Assembly (NCBI RefSeq): GCF_006345805.1
Contig: NW_021832430.1
Coordinates: 248,001-312,000, forward strand
Source: Octopus sinensis
Lineage: Eukaryota
DNA length: 64,000 nt
Reading direction: 5' to 3'
Below are positions 38,185-51,095 of this stretch, piece by piece (within the stretch, counting starts at the first letter, position 1; each line of letters begins with the position of its first letter). Both the position numbers and the translations under genes were made by a program. The notes under the pieces are model-generated. The model saw only the letters and a program-made list of their open reading frames with translations, did not search any database and had not been told where the DNA came from.

Positions 38185-39068
38185 TTTTTGTTCTTTTCTA
38201 ATAAATTTTGTGTTTTAGGGTAAATATTTGTTGCTTTTTGAACTATAATTATTTATTCAAGATTAGAATAACAAAGGTGTATAAAAGGGACTTTTTAGAT
38301 AAGATATCCTTACAAAATGGCTAGCAAATTGATGTGAGATTATACAGTGATTTTAAATTGGTTTTAACAATTATTTCTTTGAAATAATTAACACAAAATA
38401 ATATTAGGGAGTTTGGAACAAATTTTTTTATCCATAGTTTTTTGAACACTCTAAAATTTTAGCACACAAAGCTAGGGTCGAGCTATACTATTATTTCTTG
38501 TACTAAAATTCACTAAGGAGATCCACTTGTTTTTTTTCTATTTGCTCTCTGGGCCAACCAAATAGCCAGAAATCTCATTTCGATGGAATCATATTGGATG
38601 GTTGAACTTCTTTGATTTAATAATTTAATAATCTTTGACACTCGGATATTTGCTGAAGGTCGAAGATAGGAAAGTCCGATTATTAGCTTATACCAAATGA
38701 AAGGATTTGAATCTTTTCTCATACTGCTGGAATGTTTTCCCCTCATGTATTGCTTGACGACATCGTTAAGGGAGCACTTGATGTGGATGGATTTACTTTA
38801 ATGTTTGAACCTGCTGGGCTTGATTGCGGGAACAAGAAACTTGGAACCTTCATTAAAAAAAAACTAATTAATTTTCGAACCTTCGAAGTGAGCAGAGAAT
38901 AACACTCCACGCACCTCCTTCCCTTCTTCTTCCTTTTCTCTGGCACTATAGACTTCCGAGAAAGTGCAGTCCAGCGCCTCACGCTGACTAAATGTCAGGA
39001 AAGAACTGGATCGGCGAGCATCAAACGAGACACTCTCCAGAGTCCTCTTAAGAACAGTTGACTGCATA

Positions 39069-40999
39069 CAGTATAACCTCCATTTGGGGCAGACCTCTGG
39101 CTTGGGGAACCTCTATTTTTGGGGAAACCTCTATTTTTGGGGAAACCTCTATTTTTGGGGTAGTTTGAAAAGGATATAATTTTTATGCGGTAATTTCCAA
39201 ATTTAGAAATTACCGGAACCTCTAAGTGGGGCACAGGATTTTTAATTTATATACATATTTGCTATTAAAATTAAAATTAATTATATAAAATTTCATTTGG
39301 AAGCCTCGTGTAATTTTTGTATTCTTGTTGTTATGGCTCGTAAGCTTAGTCTTGAGTTAAAGATCAAAATTGCCAAGGAATTAAGTGAAAATAAACATCT
39401 TACTGAACGAGATATTGTAGATAAGTACAAAATTAGTAAAGGTTTTTTATTAATGTAAGTTTTTAGGCGCTGTGTCACGTATTAAAAAATTATCTCAATT
39501 TTTTTATACTGGGGCTGTTCAAACAGATTTTCCCAGAAATATTCAACGCTCTCCTCATACTTTATCCCAAAAATTGGATAAAATTGTTTTTGAGGCTTTC
39601 ACCAAGACAAGGGAAGAATTTATTCCTGTGTCCGGTCCTCTTTTAAAAAATATTGCTTCCAAAGTAGCAAGGATGTTGAATTATTCGGCGTTCAAAGGGT
39701 CCAATGGCTGGTTGGAAAAATTAAGAAAAGACATATGTTGTCATTTAAGACAATTAGTGGAGAGAAAAACTCTTCCGATGTTTCTTCGCTTGATATGTTT
39801 TTTTTCCAAGTATGATGAATACGTAAAAGAATATGGTCTTCAAAATATTTTTAATTGCGACGAAACTGGGTTATATATTAAAAGGATACCTTCAAAATCA
39901 TTTGTAAGTTCGGATGAAGATTGTTTCGGAATTAAAAGAGTAAAGAAAAATTCACTATTCTTTTGTCGGTCAGTGCTTGTGGCGAAAAATTGAAGCCATT
40001 GTTAGTAGGAAAATATAAATCCCCACGTTGTATGAAAAACTTTAACCCTGAAGAACATGGAGTTTCATATTCATCATCTAAAAACAGTTGGATGACATCA
40101 GAAATATTTATTACATGGCTCACCATTACAAATGAACAAATGATTACGCAAAAGAGAAAAATGTTTTTGTTACTTGATAACGCAAGCTGTCACAAATATA
40201 TCCATCTTTCCAACATTGAATTGTTTTTTCTCCCAAAAAATACAACCTCATTAATTCAACCGTTAGACATGGGTATTATTAAATCTTTCAAGTCCAATTA
40301 TCTTAACGCTTTATTGGATTTTACTCTTTATTTTGAGGACGTTGAGTTACAAATTGTTAATTTAAAAAAAATAAATCTTCGTCATGTCATAATAATTGTT
40401 GGAAAAACATGGCAAAATTTAAATCCTGAAACAATAACGAATTGTTGGGAAACAATTAATAACTGTCGGCAACAGATTCCTAGTTCAAATTTTTTAGTTA
40501 ACAGTGAGAAAGAAAATTTGGACACGATAATTGCAGACGTAATTGCTGAAAATGAAGAAGAAAATAATGATGAGTCAATATATGACCAAACTGAATGCAA
40601 CTGTTCACACTTGGACACGATAACAGCAATGAATAACCTTGAAGAGAATATTCACCGTTTGTTTCCCGATGCGTTAAAAGACTATTACAATTTCAGAAAA
40701 ATATTGGGCATACATATGAAGAAATCTGCAACAGGAAACAAAATAACAGATTATTTTCGTGTATAATAGAATAAAAATTTTTTTCTACTTGAAAAATACT
40801 CTAATTATCAATAAAATTAGTGGAAAACATGTTTAAATGTTCTTAAAAATACTTTATTTATTTATAAATTAATGAAAAATATGCTAAAACTATTAAAATT
40901 TTTATAAAAATAAAGAAAATTTCAGACCTCCATTTTTGGGGAAACCTCTATTTTTGGGGCAATTTTTCAAAATTGATGCCCCAAATGGAGGTTATACTG
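39069..40999 (+). mobile_element. Tigger/pogo element 3, possibly autonomous (only in copy A)
   Basis: TIR CAGTATAACCTCCATTTGGGGCA, TA TSD, empty site GCATATAAGC at ~58924-58933; 18-bp subterminal repeats GGGGAAACCTCTATTTTT. Confidence 0.95.
39333..40766 (+). CDS. Tigger transposase (CENP-B HTH + DDD) with 25-nt intron 39442-39466
   Basis: MARKLSLELKIKI..YKISK|GAVSRIKK; GSNGWL; FNCDETG, LLDNASCH, QPLDMG. The three remaining frameshifts are all in homopolymers. Confidence 0.82.
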
Positions 41000-42073
41000 T
41001 ATAAGCATATAGAGACTTATCTACACCCAGCTGTCTTAAGTACCCCTTGTGGTATTTCGTGACTATTCCATCCCATGTCATCACATACGGAATGACATGG
41101 ACTTTGTTCTGTTACATCAGCCCTAGCTCGTTTGCAAGGAGGTAATACTTCCTACTTTTCTTCACTTCCACTATTTGCAAACGGTCTAGGCACGCGATGC
41201 TCACTTTTACGATAACAATCTCCCCAGTAACCTTATCACGGACCAAAATATCGGGTTTGTTGTGCAGAAACGTGGAATAACTATATTTACTTTCAATTGT
41301 GAAAACTTATATAAAATACCATCTACGCAGTTTTCTGTTGTGACTCTGAGATATCTCTCTTTTTAGTGCGCTAGACCAACAGGCTGTTCAAAAGAGTTTC
41401 ACTTAAAATTCCTATTTAAGGATGAGTTACGACTATTCCATTTTTAAAAAATTCTCTAGGCTCGGTCTACGTTTTGTTATTTAAGATAGAACAAACTCCA
41501 TCTTTATAGGATTGAATAAAATAAGTTCCAAATACTCTATCATAGAAGTTCACTGCCCCGAATCGTCCAAAGTGATAAATGGTTGGCTTTATCGACTTAT
41601 CTATTTTACCTTTTTTAACACTTTTAGAAGGTTCTGTTGTTGTTCGTATGTGAGCTTTTATTCGAATGTCAGACTAAATTTACTCAATTCGGAGATTGAA
41701 AATTTCATCGAAAAGATTTCCGGTATTCGTCGAAGTGAAAGAAGACTGCTAAAATCAACATTCGACAAGTGGACAAAGGAAAAGTAATTGTAGAATCTGA
41801 CAAGTGACAAATCCATTCCAGACAAAAAAGTAGAGTTTTCGTCAAAATAAATCATAGAAAAAATATATTTAAAACAATTATTATTTCATAGAAACGGGCT
41901 ATTTTTTTAGATTTTCTTAGCATCTTGCAGTCGTAGAAACTAAGTAAACTTGGAAGGTACAAACAATCTTTCATCACCAAAAATCCAAGTTGGCTGTAAT
42001 TATTAAATTGAAATTTAAGTATTAATTATACTCTTTATTTGATTAAAAGAGACAACAATTAATAGATTTTAAT

Positions 42074-43134
42074 TTATTCCATCTGAAAGTTGCTGTACAT
42101 CAAATTGGATGAAGGTTTACTAAATTGCATATTCCCATTATAAACGCATGTTCCTTCAGAATTTGGACCAAATTGAGAATAATTCGAAGGCCCGTTTGGT
42201 TCAGAAGCGTACATCGAATAACCAGGATTTTGATAGTCTAAAAATATTATGTTTAATTTTACCCATTGAATACAAATTTTTCGAATTTTTGTCTTTTGGC
42301 ACATATTTTATGTTATAGTTCACATTGTTGTTATTAAAATTATTCTTTTTCTCTTTTGATCTTTTGTTTTGGTACCAATCTTGATTAGAATCAAATAAAT
42401 TTTACTTGAATTACTCTAATATCCAAGTTCGTGTCCTTGGATAGTTGTTCTCTTACATGCCGTGACGGCTTTGACGTTTCAGAAAACGCTTTCAAAAGAA
42501 TTCTGAGCTGTTCAGGACGAATGGATGTTCTGGGGCCCCGTTTTTTACAAATTCCAGTTCCCCTATTTTTGACTTTGTCTTCGTTATCATTTGTTTCAGA
42601 TTCATTGTCAGAATTAACAGACTTGTAATCAAAAACAGGCGAGGACTCCGCAGAACTATTCGGGATCGCATCGTAGTCATCATTTTTCTTATTTTCACCT
42701 AAATCTATCAATCACAATTTAATAAAACATGAATATTTTTTATAATCTTCAACGCAAAACAGAGTGCTGCGATTAATGTAGTAGAAACAATCTCCGACCT
42801 GTAGTTGCTGTCTGCAGCCGTGACATTTAAAGCATTCAATGTGATACATGAAGGAATTCACCATTAGAACGTATGTATTTTCTTCAATCATACAACAACA
42901 TATTGGACAATTTCCATAAATTCTTGATAAATAAACTTAAAATGATTTTTACCTTGAATAGTCGTTGAAACAGTAGATAAATCCATTCTTCCAATAACAA
43001 ATATCACGAAGAATTGAACTACATTCTGAACACTGTATACAGTTCTCATGCCAAAAGGATTGCATCAGAATACAATGAGATTCGCCTTTATTTATCACAT
43101 TGCAACATTTTTTGCATATTTTTTCGCCTTCCAT
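42074..43134 (-). CDS. LHX1: LIM-homeobox protein of the Lhx1/5 (Lim1) class, copy A (1-nt deletion near 42378)
   Basis: Two LIM domains and homeodomain KRGPRTSI..KPSRHVREQLS..IRVIQ|IWYQNKRSKE; introns of 30, 24, 26 and 25 nt. Start codon uncertain. Confidence 0.88.
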
Positions 43135-44959
43135 TAGTCCAGGTTTTCTAAACTTGTTTAGAAATATATTTAATTTAGCGTAAATTAAAAAAATATACAC
43201 TTGATATATGTCTAACTGTGAACGACATATCTTCACAGTGGGTACGCAAACAGCGGTTGGTAAAGTTCTTTGACCTACTCTAACATATGTTTATATACCA
43301 GTATATACTGCCAACGATAATATAAATGCATTAAAGTTTTACATAATGATTAGAAATAATTTATCTTTGATACAAAATACGATTACTAAATATTTTATAC
43401 CGAAGAGTACTGTTAATTATATAATTAAGAAACACTCAAATAGAAACAAAAAATAACTAAGTGACAGCAATTGAAACAAAGACTCAGTATGGGTAACATA
43501 AGTCAGTCATTTGATAATATATAGCTGTTTATGACATTGCGATTAAATACCTCACACTGGGACTTATATTTGGAACAGCTCAAAAAATATTTAAATACAT
43601 TCTGATCAATACAAATGTATTTTTAGATTTTGAAACGTATAAAATTTGCACAATTCATATGCTTATTCTATTATTCAGTCAACTTTACTACATGCTGTTG
43701 CCCCGTGTCAATACACTTAAGAAAACATTGTTTGAATGACACTTCTATTATGTAGGCTACCGTCGCTTTTCGCATAAGTTTATTATTTGCCAGACAATAT
43801 TAATTTGATTATACTTTAAATACCTCCTTCACAGCCAAGTTGTTTGGCGATATACATATGTTTTATAGTTTCATCAACAACGGTCAAAGCGCGTTTATCG
43901 ACTTGTACTGTTTTAAAATGATTACAAATAATGCTAAATTAAAATGTAACTATCATGTTTTAACATCTTAATTATTTTTTTAAAACTCTTATCTGCAACT
44001 CTATACTCTAAAAATAAATTTCACCAAATTAGTAATATGTTTTATCTATTGAAAATAAAAACAACTTTTATTACATTATAAATCTGATGTTAATATCAAT
44101 TATTGCAAAGGTATAAGATTCTAATTTTGTTATAAAATTTAGATATTTTAATCAAGACTCAATTTTATTAACCTCATAATTGATTGATGTTTTTACTAAG
44201 CTATTTTTACTTACAAATCATTAAATCGATCCACTGTCTGAAATTTTATAGACTCTAATAATAGGTATTTGACGAAATTAGGTAAAACCAATCTAAGTAA
44301 TAATTCAATTATATGTGTTTCCAAAAGTTTTTATATGATAGGGATTGTCGGCAAACTATTTGGAGCTTTTATTATCAAAATTATTTCACGTTTGAAAAAA
44401 ATTATTACTTTTAGGATCTAAACATATAATACTAAAATTAGAATTTATTAAATATCATTAATTTGGAAATCTAATTTTATACATACTTGAGCAGTTGATC
44501 ATGTACTTAATACAAAACATTTAACAATTTATTACTAACGGTCACCCATAATTAACTAAATAAATTAATTTGGTGATCTCAACCATCTTTGTAGTAACTA
44601 CACTCTGTTTTGGAACCCAACCAGCGATAATTGTCGTCCAAAGAGTTCTCAATAAATATCAATTTTTTAGCAAGTTGAAGCCAGTAATTATAATATAAAA
44701 TTAAAGTCTATAGAACATCTGGACTATGTTTTTTAATGTGTATTATAAAAATCTTTTGTAAATTGTCGAGACATATTTTATAGCAATTTTGTTGTGAATA
44801 AATTGATATTTATTAGATAAATCAACAGAAAATAGCTAATAATGCCCTCCAATTCTATCTTTTTTTAAATAGGACTTGCTGGGAATAATTTTTATATTAG
44901 TTAAATTAAAATTTGACTTTGTGAAACCTTTGACTTCGAAAAAGAGAAATTTGGTATAA

Positions 44960-46018
44960 CAAACTCGACTAGACATGAAAGATAAAATAATTAATTAACT
45001 AATTAACTTTCCTTTTCCATATTAGTTTGCTCCGCCAAGTTTACTCTCGGAATCCTCTTCCCGCTATCTGTTCCCACTTCGGAGTTGTTTCCTTCATCGG
45101 CGGAAACTACAGAATCTCGCCGTCTCTTCACCGATTTCCGTCCTTCGTCAAATGAGTTACCTGAGGTAGACATATTTTCGAAGCCAAATTTGTGTTCTAC
45201 TATCATGCTTTCCATTGTTTTTTTTCAAACCAACAGTCTGGATGTATGCTTGCACACTTTCTTTGATTTTAAGAAGGTCCATATATTTTCTGAAGAATGT
45301 AGAGACTATCCCATCCCACGTGAGGACAATCGGTACAATCTTTACCTTAGCCTTGTGAATTAATTGTAATTCACTGGCTAGAATGTCGTATTTATGCATT
45401 TTTTCCACTTCCACCGATTTCAAATTATCTATCGAGGTAACACCCACTTCAATGATCCATATCAAATTTTCCTTCTTGTCATACAGGAATATATCAGGCT
45501 TGTTATATTGTATTTTTAGTTCAGTTGGAATTGTAGTATCGACCCGAATTTCCGCAGAGCTATTCGACATTATACACTGCACGGAGTGGTTTTTCAGTCT
45601 CTTGGACTTCTTCATTCCAATCTCCGACACAAGTGCATGTGAACACACCTCACAATCTCGTTATGCCTTCTGGTATAATCTGAATTTAGCATTCTACTGC
45701 ATCGCGTCGCAAGATGGTCCACGGTTTTAGGCGAGGATTTACAATGTGGGCATTTTTCATCAGAGTTTCTGAAAAAGACGTTTCTGTCTTGAAGAAAAGA
45801 GAACATTGCCTCAGATTTAGGAGATATATTCCCTTTCTTTAGCCATGTTGAAGATGTTGGGATATCAAAAATATTATTCTCAAGCGACTCAATAGCTTCG
45901 AATGCAACCTTTTCTTTTTAATACTAAGCAACAGTGACTCTATCTGCAAGTCACGTAGTGATTTAGCAATCTCATCGAGTGTGGTTGTTCCATATTTACA
46001 ATGCAGGAATTCTGTGAT
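44960..46018 (-). mobile_element. 5'-truncated REL-type retrotransposon at the junction between duplication copies
   Basis: CPHC..TVDHLATRC..DYTRRHNE, EIRVDT..YNKPDIF..IEVG..EK.HKYD, IVLTWDG; absent after the end of copy B. Confidence 0.88.
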
Positions 46019-46457
46019 TGAGGTGGTAATTTTGGACAACAAAATTTTTTTGGCAAAAAACTTAATAAATATGTAGGGGGTCCGCGAAATTTTTCATTTA
46101 CTCACAAGGGGTCCGCGGACAAAAAAGGTTGAGAACCACTGATCTAGTGGAAGCATCCAACTTCAGTCTTTCCATATAAGACTTACTGACTTTAGAAAAG
46201 ACCTCCTAATGCCGCAAGACCTGTCCGCGAGATTCAAGGAACCCCGACAACCAGCGCCTTAGACACGGAGAAACCTCACACGTGGCGAGGGAGGTCCGGA
46301 AGCCGTCGTGCCACCACACAAAGGCCGCTGTGGTGCATCGATTGATCAATTTGGACTTCACCTTTTTTCTTGCCGAAAAAGCGCTGGTAGATTCCCGAGG
46401 CATTCAGCTCTCAACGACGTTTGAAATTGAGTTGTACCTAATTTCATATTATTTTAT

Positions 46458-47196
46458 GTGCTCTCGGCAAACCTTGACCAACACCGCCTGGCATGCCTTC
46501 GTGCGGCATCCGCCCCTCACTCTGGCAGCTGGATGAATGCTCTTCCTCTTTCCAGCATCGGGACGTGGCTAGACGATGCTGCCATACGCATCGGAGTGGC
46601 TCACCGACTCGGCCTGGATGTTTGTGCAAAACACCGCTGCAGATGCGGTGAGGACGTTGACGAAAAGGGAATGCACCCACTTTCCTGCAAGAGGAGCGCA
46701 GGCAGGGAACACAGACACAAGGCCCTCATTCGTGCCTCCTCGAACCGGTCGGACTCGATCGGGGAATGGCAAAAGGCCTGACGGGATGACAATATTCCCG
46801 TACTCGTCGGGGAAGGCCCTCGTATGGGATGTTACCGTTGTGGATACCTTTTCAAATCGAGGATCCATTCTTCCGCCGCAAACCCTTGTTCGGCTGCAAA
46901 CCACGCCGAAAAGATCAAAATACAAAAATATTCTTCGCTCGCGAACCGCTACCGCGTTACGCCAATCGCCCTGGAGACCGCTGGAACCGCGGGAAAGGAG
47001 ACTGACTCGTTCCTCAACGAGGTCGGGCGTCCATTGGGAGGAGGCTCAAGAACACGAGAGAGGGTCTCTGGTTCTGCCAGCGCATCGGCCTGGCCATTGT
47101 TTGGGGCAACGCACACTGCGTCTTCGCCGCTGGGACTTACGATTTTCGTTTTTTTTGACTTTCGTTTATTACAAAAAAAAATTAAAAAAAAAAAAA
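46458..47196 (+). mobile_element. CRE-clade retrotransposon 3' region, copy B
   Basis: Duplicate of 24066-24805. Confidence 0.85.
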
Positions 47197-47489
47197 TTTG
47201 TGTAAAAATTCCAAAATCCACTTTTTAAGATTAATAAGAAAAAAAGCAAAACTGCTCAGAAACTCTACATGCCCTCCAACCAACAGGAACGATCGTCCAA
47301 ACGTTCAAAAAAGAACGTCAAGTCACGCTCAAGCAATGCAGAGTATAGAACATCATCACAGCTTTGTGTAAGAACAATTTCGATGAACGTTCTTTCAAGG
47401 CAAACTTTAGAAATGATCCCTAGAAGTATAGCCTTAATTTTCACAAAAATGCAAAATTTTAAATCACATAGTTCTTTTAGTTAAAATAT

Positions 47490-49429
47490 ATAAATTATTT
47501 TGCCGAGTTAATAATTGATAATTAATTTTTCAGCTTAATAATAAACATTTTAAATATAAATATAGATATTAAGAAATATTTTAAATAAATCTTTTTCTCA
47601 CAGATTATTCAAATAATATCTAAAAAATTCTGAATTATTCATTTTAAAAACACAGAAAGCTAAATGATAAGATATATACATAAGATTAAAATCTCTGAAA
47701 ATCAATTAGATGTTGCAGATCACCACCTAGTCTAATAAATTAATGTACTGGAAGACATAATGGTGGATTATAAACAATTAGGCGTCATTTATTTTCATCA
47801 TAAAAGTGATATTAAAGGTGTCTAAAATACAGAAGTTATAGCCATAACAAATTATCTAAATAAAATTAACGAAAATTCCTTTTTATGACGTTTGGTTGAA
47901 CTCATAGCCAGACACTTTAGCAATTTGAGGATACTTCATTACTCTCACAATTCGATGGACAGCCTCGTTCACTGAAAAATATGTGTAAAAAGTCCGAAAT
48001 TCTCTCAGCATTGCATCGACTTAATAACAACAGGGCAGCGGGTTATGATGATATTTGCGGAGAGTTGTTGAAATACGCACGGACCAAGCTTCCAGAAATG
48101 ATAACTCTTATATTCAATGTATTCAGGAATCATTGTCCAATTGAACTTGCGATGGGAGTTATACTTTCTCTGCAAAAACCTGGCGATTGAAAATCTCAGG
48201 CAACTGACCACGTTGCGAAAAACCCTGTCGATTATAACATTGAATCGTATATTAAAATCAGTTGATAAATACCTGTCGCCAAGTCAAAGCGAATTCAGAC
48301 TGGGAAGATCAACCGCTGATATAGTATGGAGTCATCGGTGGCTTACTGCCATATGTCAGAAGTACAGGAAAACGATGCACATTTTGGGAGTTGAGCTATC
48401 AAAAGCGTTCGACAGTATCTGTCTAGATAAACTACTGCGAGTTCTCGAGGATATTGTTGATGAAGACTCCTTGAGGATTGTGCGTTTTCTGCTGGCTGAT
48501 ACGAGCCTCGTAGTGAAAATGGAGAGAAACTATTCGGATAAATGGACCTCCGGGATTGGTACTCCGCAAAGGGACTCTCTTTCCCCAGTCCTCTTTGTAA
48601 TCTATTTGGAAGCCGCGTTATGAGATGTCAGAAAGGAATTGTATCACGTAAAATTTAAGTCTTGAATAATCATTTTGTGGAACTAATATAGGCCAACGCC
48701 ATTGATTTTATATCTGAGGATGGGGAAATTCCAAGAGCTGTAATAGACAAGGCTACAACAGTTTTGAAGAGGTGGTCCTGAAGATCAATTTGAAAAAGAC
48801 AGGCATAACTTCGATTTCTGCGTCCGTCGACTCGGATTGACGAGAAGTGGAGGTTTAGTAAAATGCTTGGGTCGCTTTTGAGCGATGCTGAGGACATTGC
48901 CCGTAGAAAAATGTTGGCGTCGTGTGCACTAAATAAGATGTGGAGTATCTGGACACGCCAAAGACTTATCTCTCTAAATCTTCGGACACACTTGTATAAT
49001 GTGTTCGTACTACCAATCCTATTATGCAACTCGGGAACATGGGGAACATCGAAAACGGACCTTTACGCTTTTCATAGAAAGCAAATGAGAAAAAAAACGG
49101 GTATCAAATGGCCACAGACCATCAAAAACGACACTTTCTACAAATTATGTGAATGCAAGCCGATTAGCAAGGAAGTTACTACCTCATGCTGTCATGAGAA
49201 TGGAAAAATGATTTCTTGCAATCAAATCATGGAAGAATACTTTTCTAATCAAGGAATTGGATTTCGGAGTCGGCCAAGACGCACGTTTCTCCTCTGCCTG
49301 AGGGATGATTACGCGAGAATTGGCAACCAACTTGAAAATGGTGACAATCTTGAGGACATTCACAAACGCACGAGAAACAAGGCTGAATGGAAAAGACTGA
49401 CTGGGAGGATATTTGAGACTACGACATGA
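47490..49429 (+). mobile_element. Decayed RTE-like LINE, copy B
   Basis: Duplicate of 25100-27044. Confidence 0.85.
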
Positions 49430-50442
49430 GCAAAACCTTAGGCACATAGGTGCTTATGTTAGCTTGATTTGTCCAGTCTTGAAGCGCTTGGTTTGCTGAA
49501 AAAAGTAATTTAGAATGGCTCGCCAATAGATAAGAATTGGTCTATCGAGTATCTTGTTGTGCGATCAACAAGTTTGTCATGCTCATGTCCCCAATTGAGT
49601 TCTGGATTTTTGAGAGCAATTTTTAGAGCTTTTTTTCGTCCAAAAGGACCAAACTCTTCTCCCCGTTTATCATTTGCCCAACGGAAGAAAGACTAAGGTG
49701 AATGAATTGCGAGGCTGTCTAGTTGGCAGAGATACGTCAAATTACTATTGGCAACGTTCTCGAAAAACGGGCTGCTAAAGTCGCATCACGGAGGCCATCA
49801 CAGAGACTCAGCTGCGAAGTCTCGCCACTTCAGATTGATGTAAGAATTCCAAATGAATGTGAAGCTGCAGTGCATGCAACCAGAGAATTCTTTTCGCAAA
49901 AAAAGAAACTCAAATGTTTTAGATATAAAACTGGATATTAAGAATGCATTCAACAGCCTGAGAAGAGACGTGATTCTCGAAGCCTGCTTTTCTGATCATT
50001 TCAAGCAAATCTTTCTCTTTGGATGCGAGTTTTATACCAATTACCAGATTATACTTTAAAATGATTTTGCACATTCCACCTAATCCAGCAAATCTCAAAC
50101 ACTTGTGAGACTTTTCACTAAACAGAGGAAATACTAAGAGTATTTCGATTCCTTCATGGAAAAAAGATACGTCGCTATTATAAAGGCCTTTGAATCTATA
50201 AATAATGAAATAACAGTTGTATTGGCCAAAAAAATAAAAGAATATTTGAGCTCAAAAGTCGGATAGCTATTAAGAATAATATCACGGTGTAAAAAGTAAA
50301 TCTATCAGTGGAAAATCAGTCCAATTTCAAAAAATAAACTTTCATAGACACGAGAAAACACAAAAATATACTAATTAACTAAATATATAAAATAAGGAAA
50401 AAGTATTGAAATTAGTCAAAGAACAAGTAAAGACAGAAAGGT

Positions 50443-50830
50443 CTAATTTTGCTCGACTTGTTTGGCCAACAAATCACTTTCCCTGTAAAAATAGTATTCC
50501 TAGACATATAAAAGACACACTACGTTGTCCCCAAGCATTATTTTGCTACCACCGTACTCTGGGATGATGACAGAATCCCCCACCTTGACCGACATTGCCT
50601 GTCTGACACCATTCTAATATATTTAAGTCGACTTATGTTGTACCACGATACTGCCGGGTCCAGCAGCCACAATTGTCCCTTCTATGACCTTTTCTTGAGC
50701 TTTGGCTGGAATGAGAATCCCAGTCTTTGAAACTGTTTCCTTAGCTGCTCTCTGAACAAGAATTCTATCAAATAGCGGAACGATTTTTTGAGCAATGGAC
50801 TGGAATATTAATACAAAGTGGAGAAACCAT
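50443..50830 (-). CDS. HSPE1: HSP10, copy B (intact)
   Basis: Same exon structure and length as copy A. Confidence 0.95.
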
Positions 50831-51095
50831 CAGAGAAAACGTGACAGTACTTTTATTACTTTTTTAAATGTAATAACTAATTAAAATATATTAATAACAA
50901 AAATTTTCAATTTATTTTAACATAATTATCTAAAACATTTATACAAAAATAATAGAATTTTATAATATATTTCGTCGAAAATTAAAAAATCTAACCATTA
51001 ATTTTTTTAAAAACTAAGATTTTAATAATTAAATTTAAATAAGTTATATAAAAAACTATTAATATATGAATAAATTCAAACCCACAAGTGTTCTG

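Larger units (their letters stand above)
38865..41270 (-). mobile_element. REL-type retrotransposon 3' fragment split by Tigger 3 (uninterrupted in copy B, 58724-59195)
   Basis: NKPDI, MTWDGIVTKYHKGYL, YMQSTVLKRTLES. Confidence 0.75.
23627..44959 (+). repeat. Segmental duplication, copy A (~21.3 kb)
   Basis: Colinear with 46019-62895. The length difference is explained by three Tigger insertions in A and a ~230-bp segment present only in B. Confidence 0.95.
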
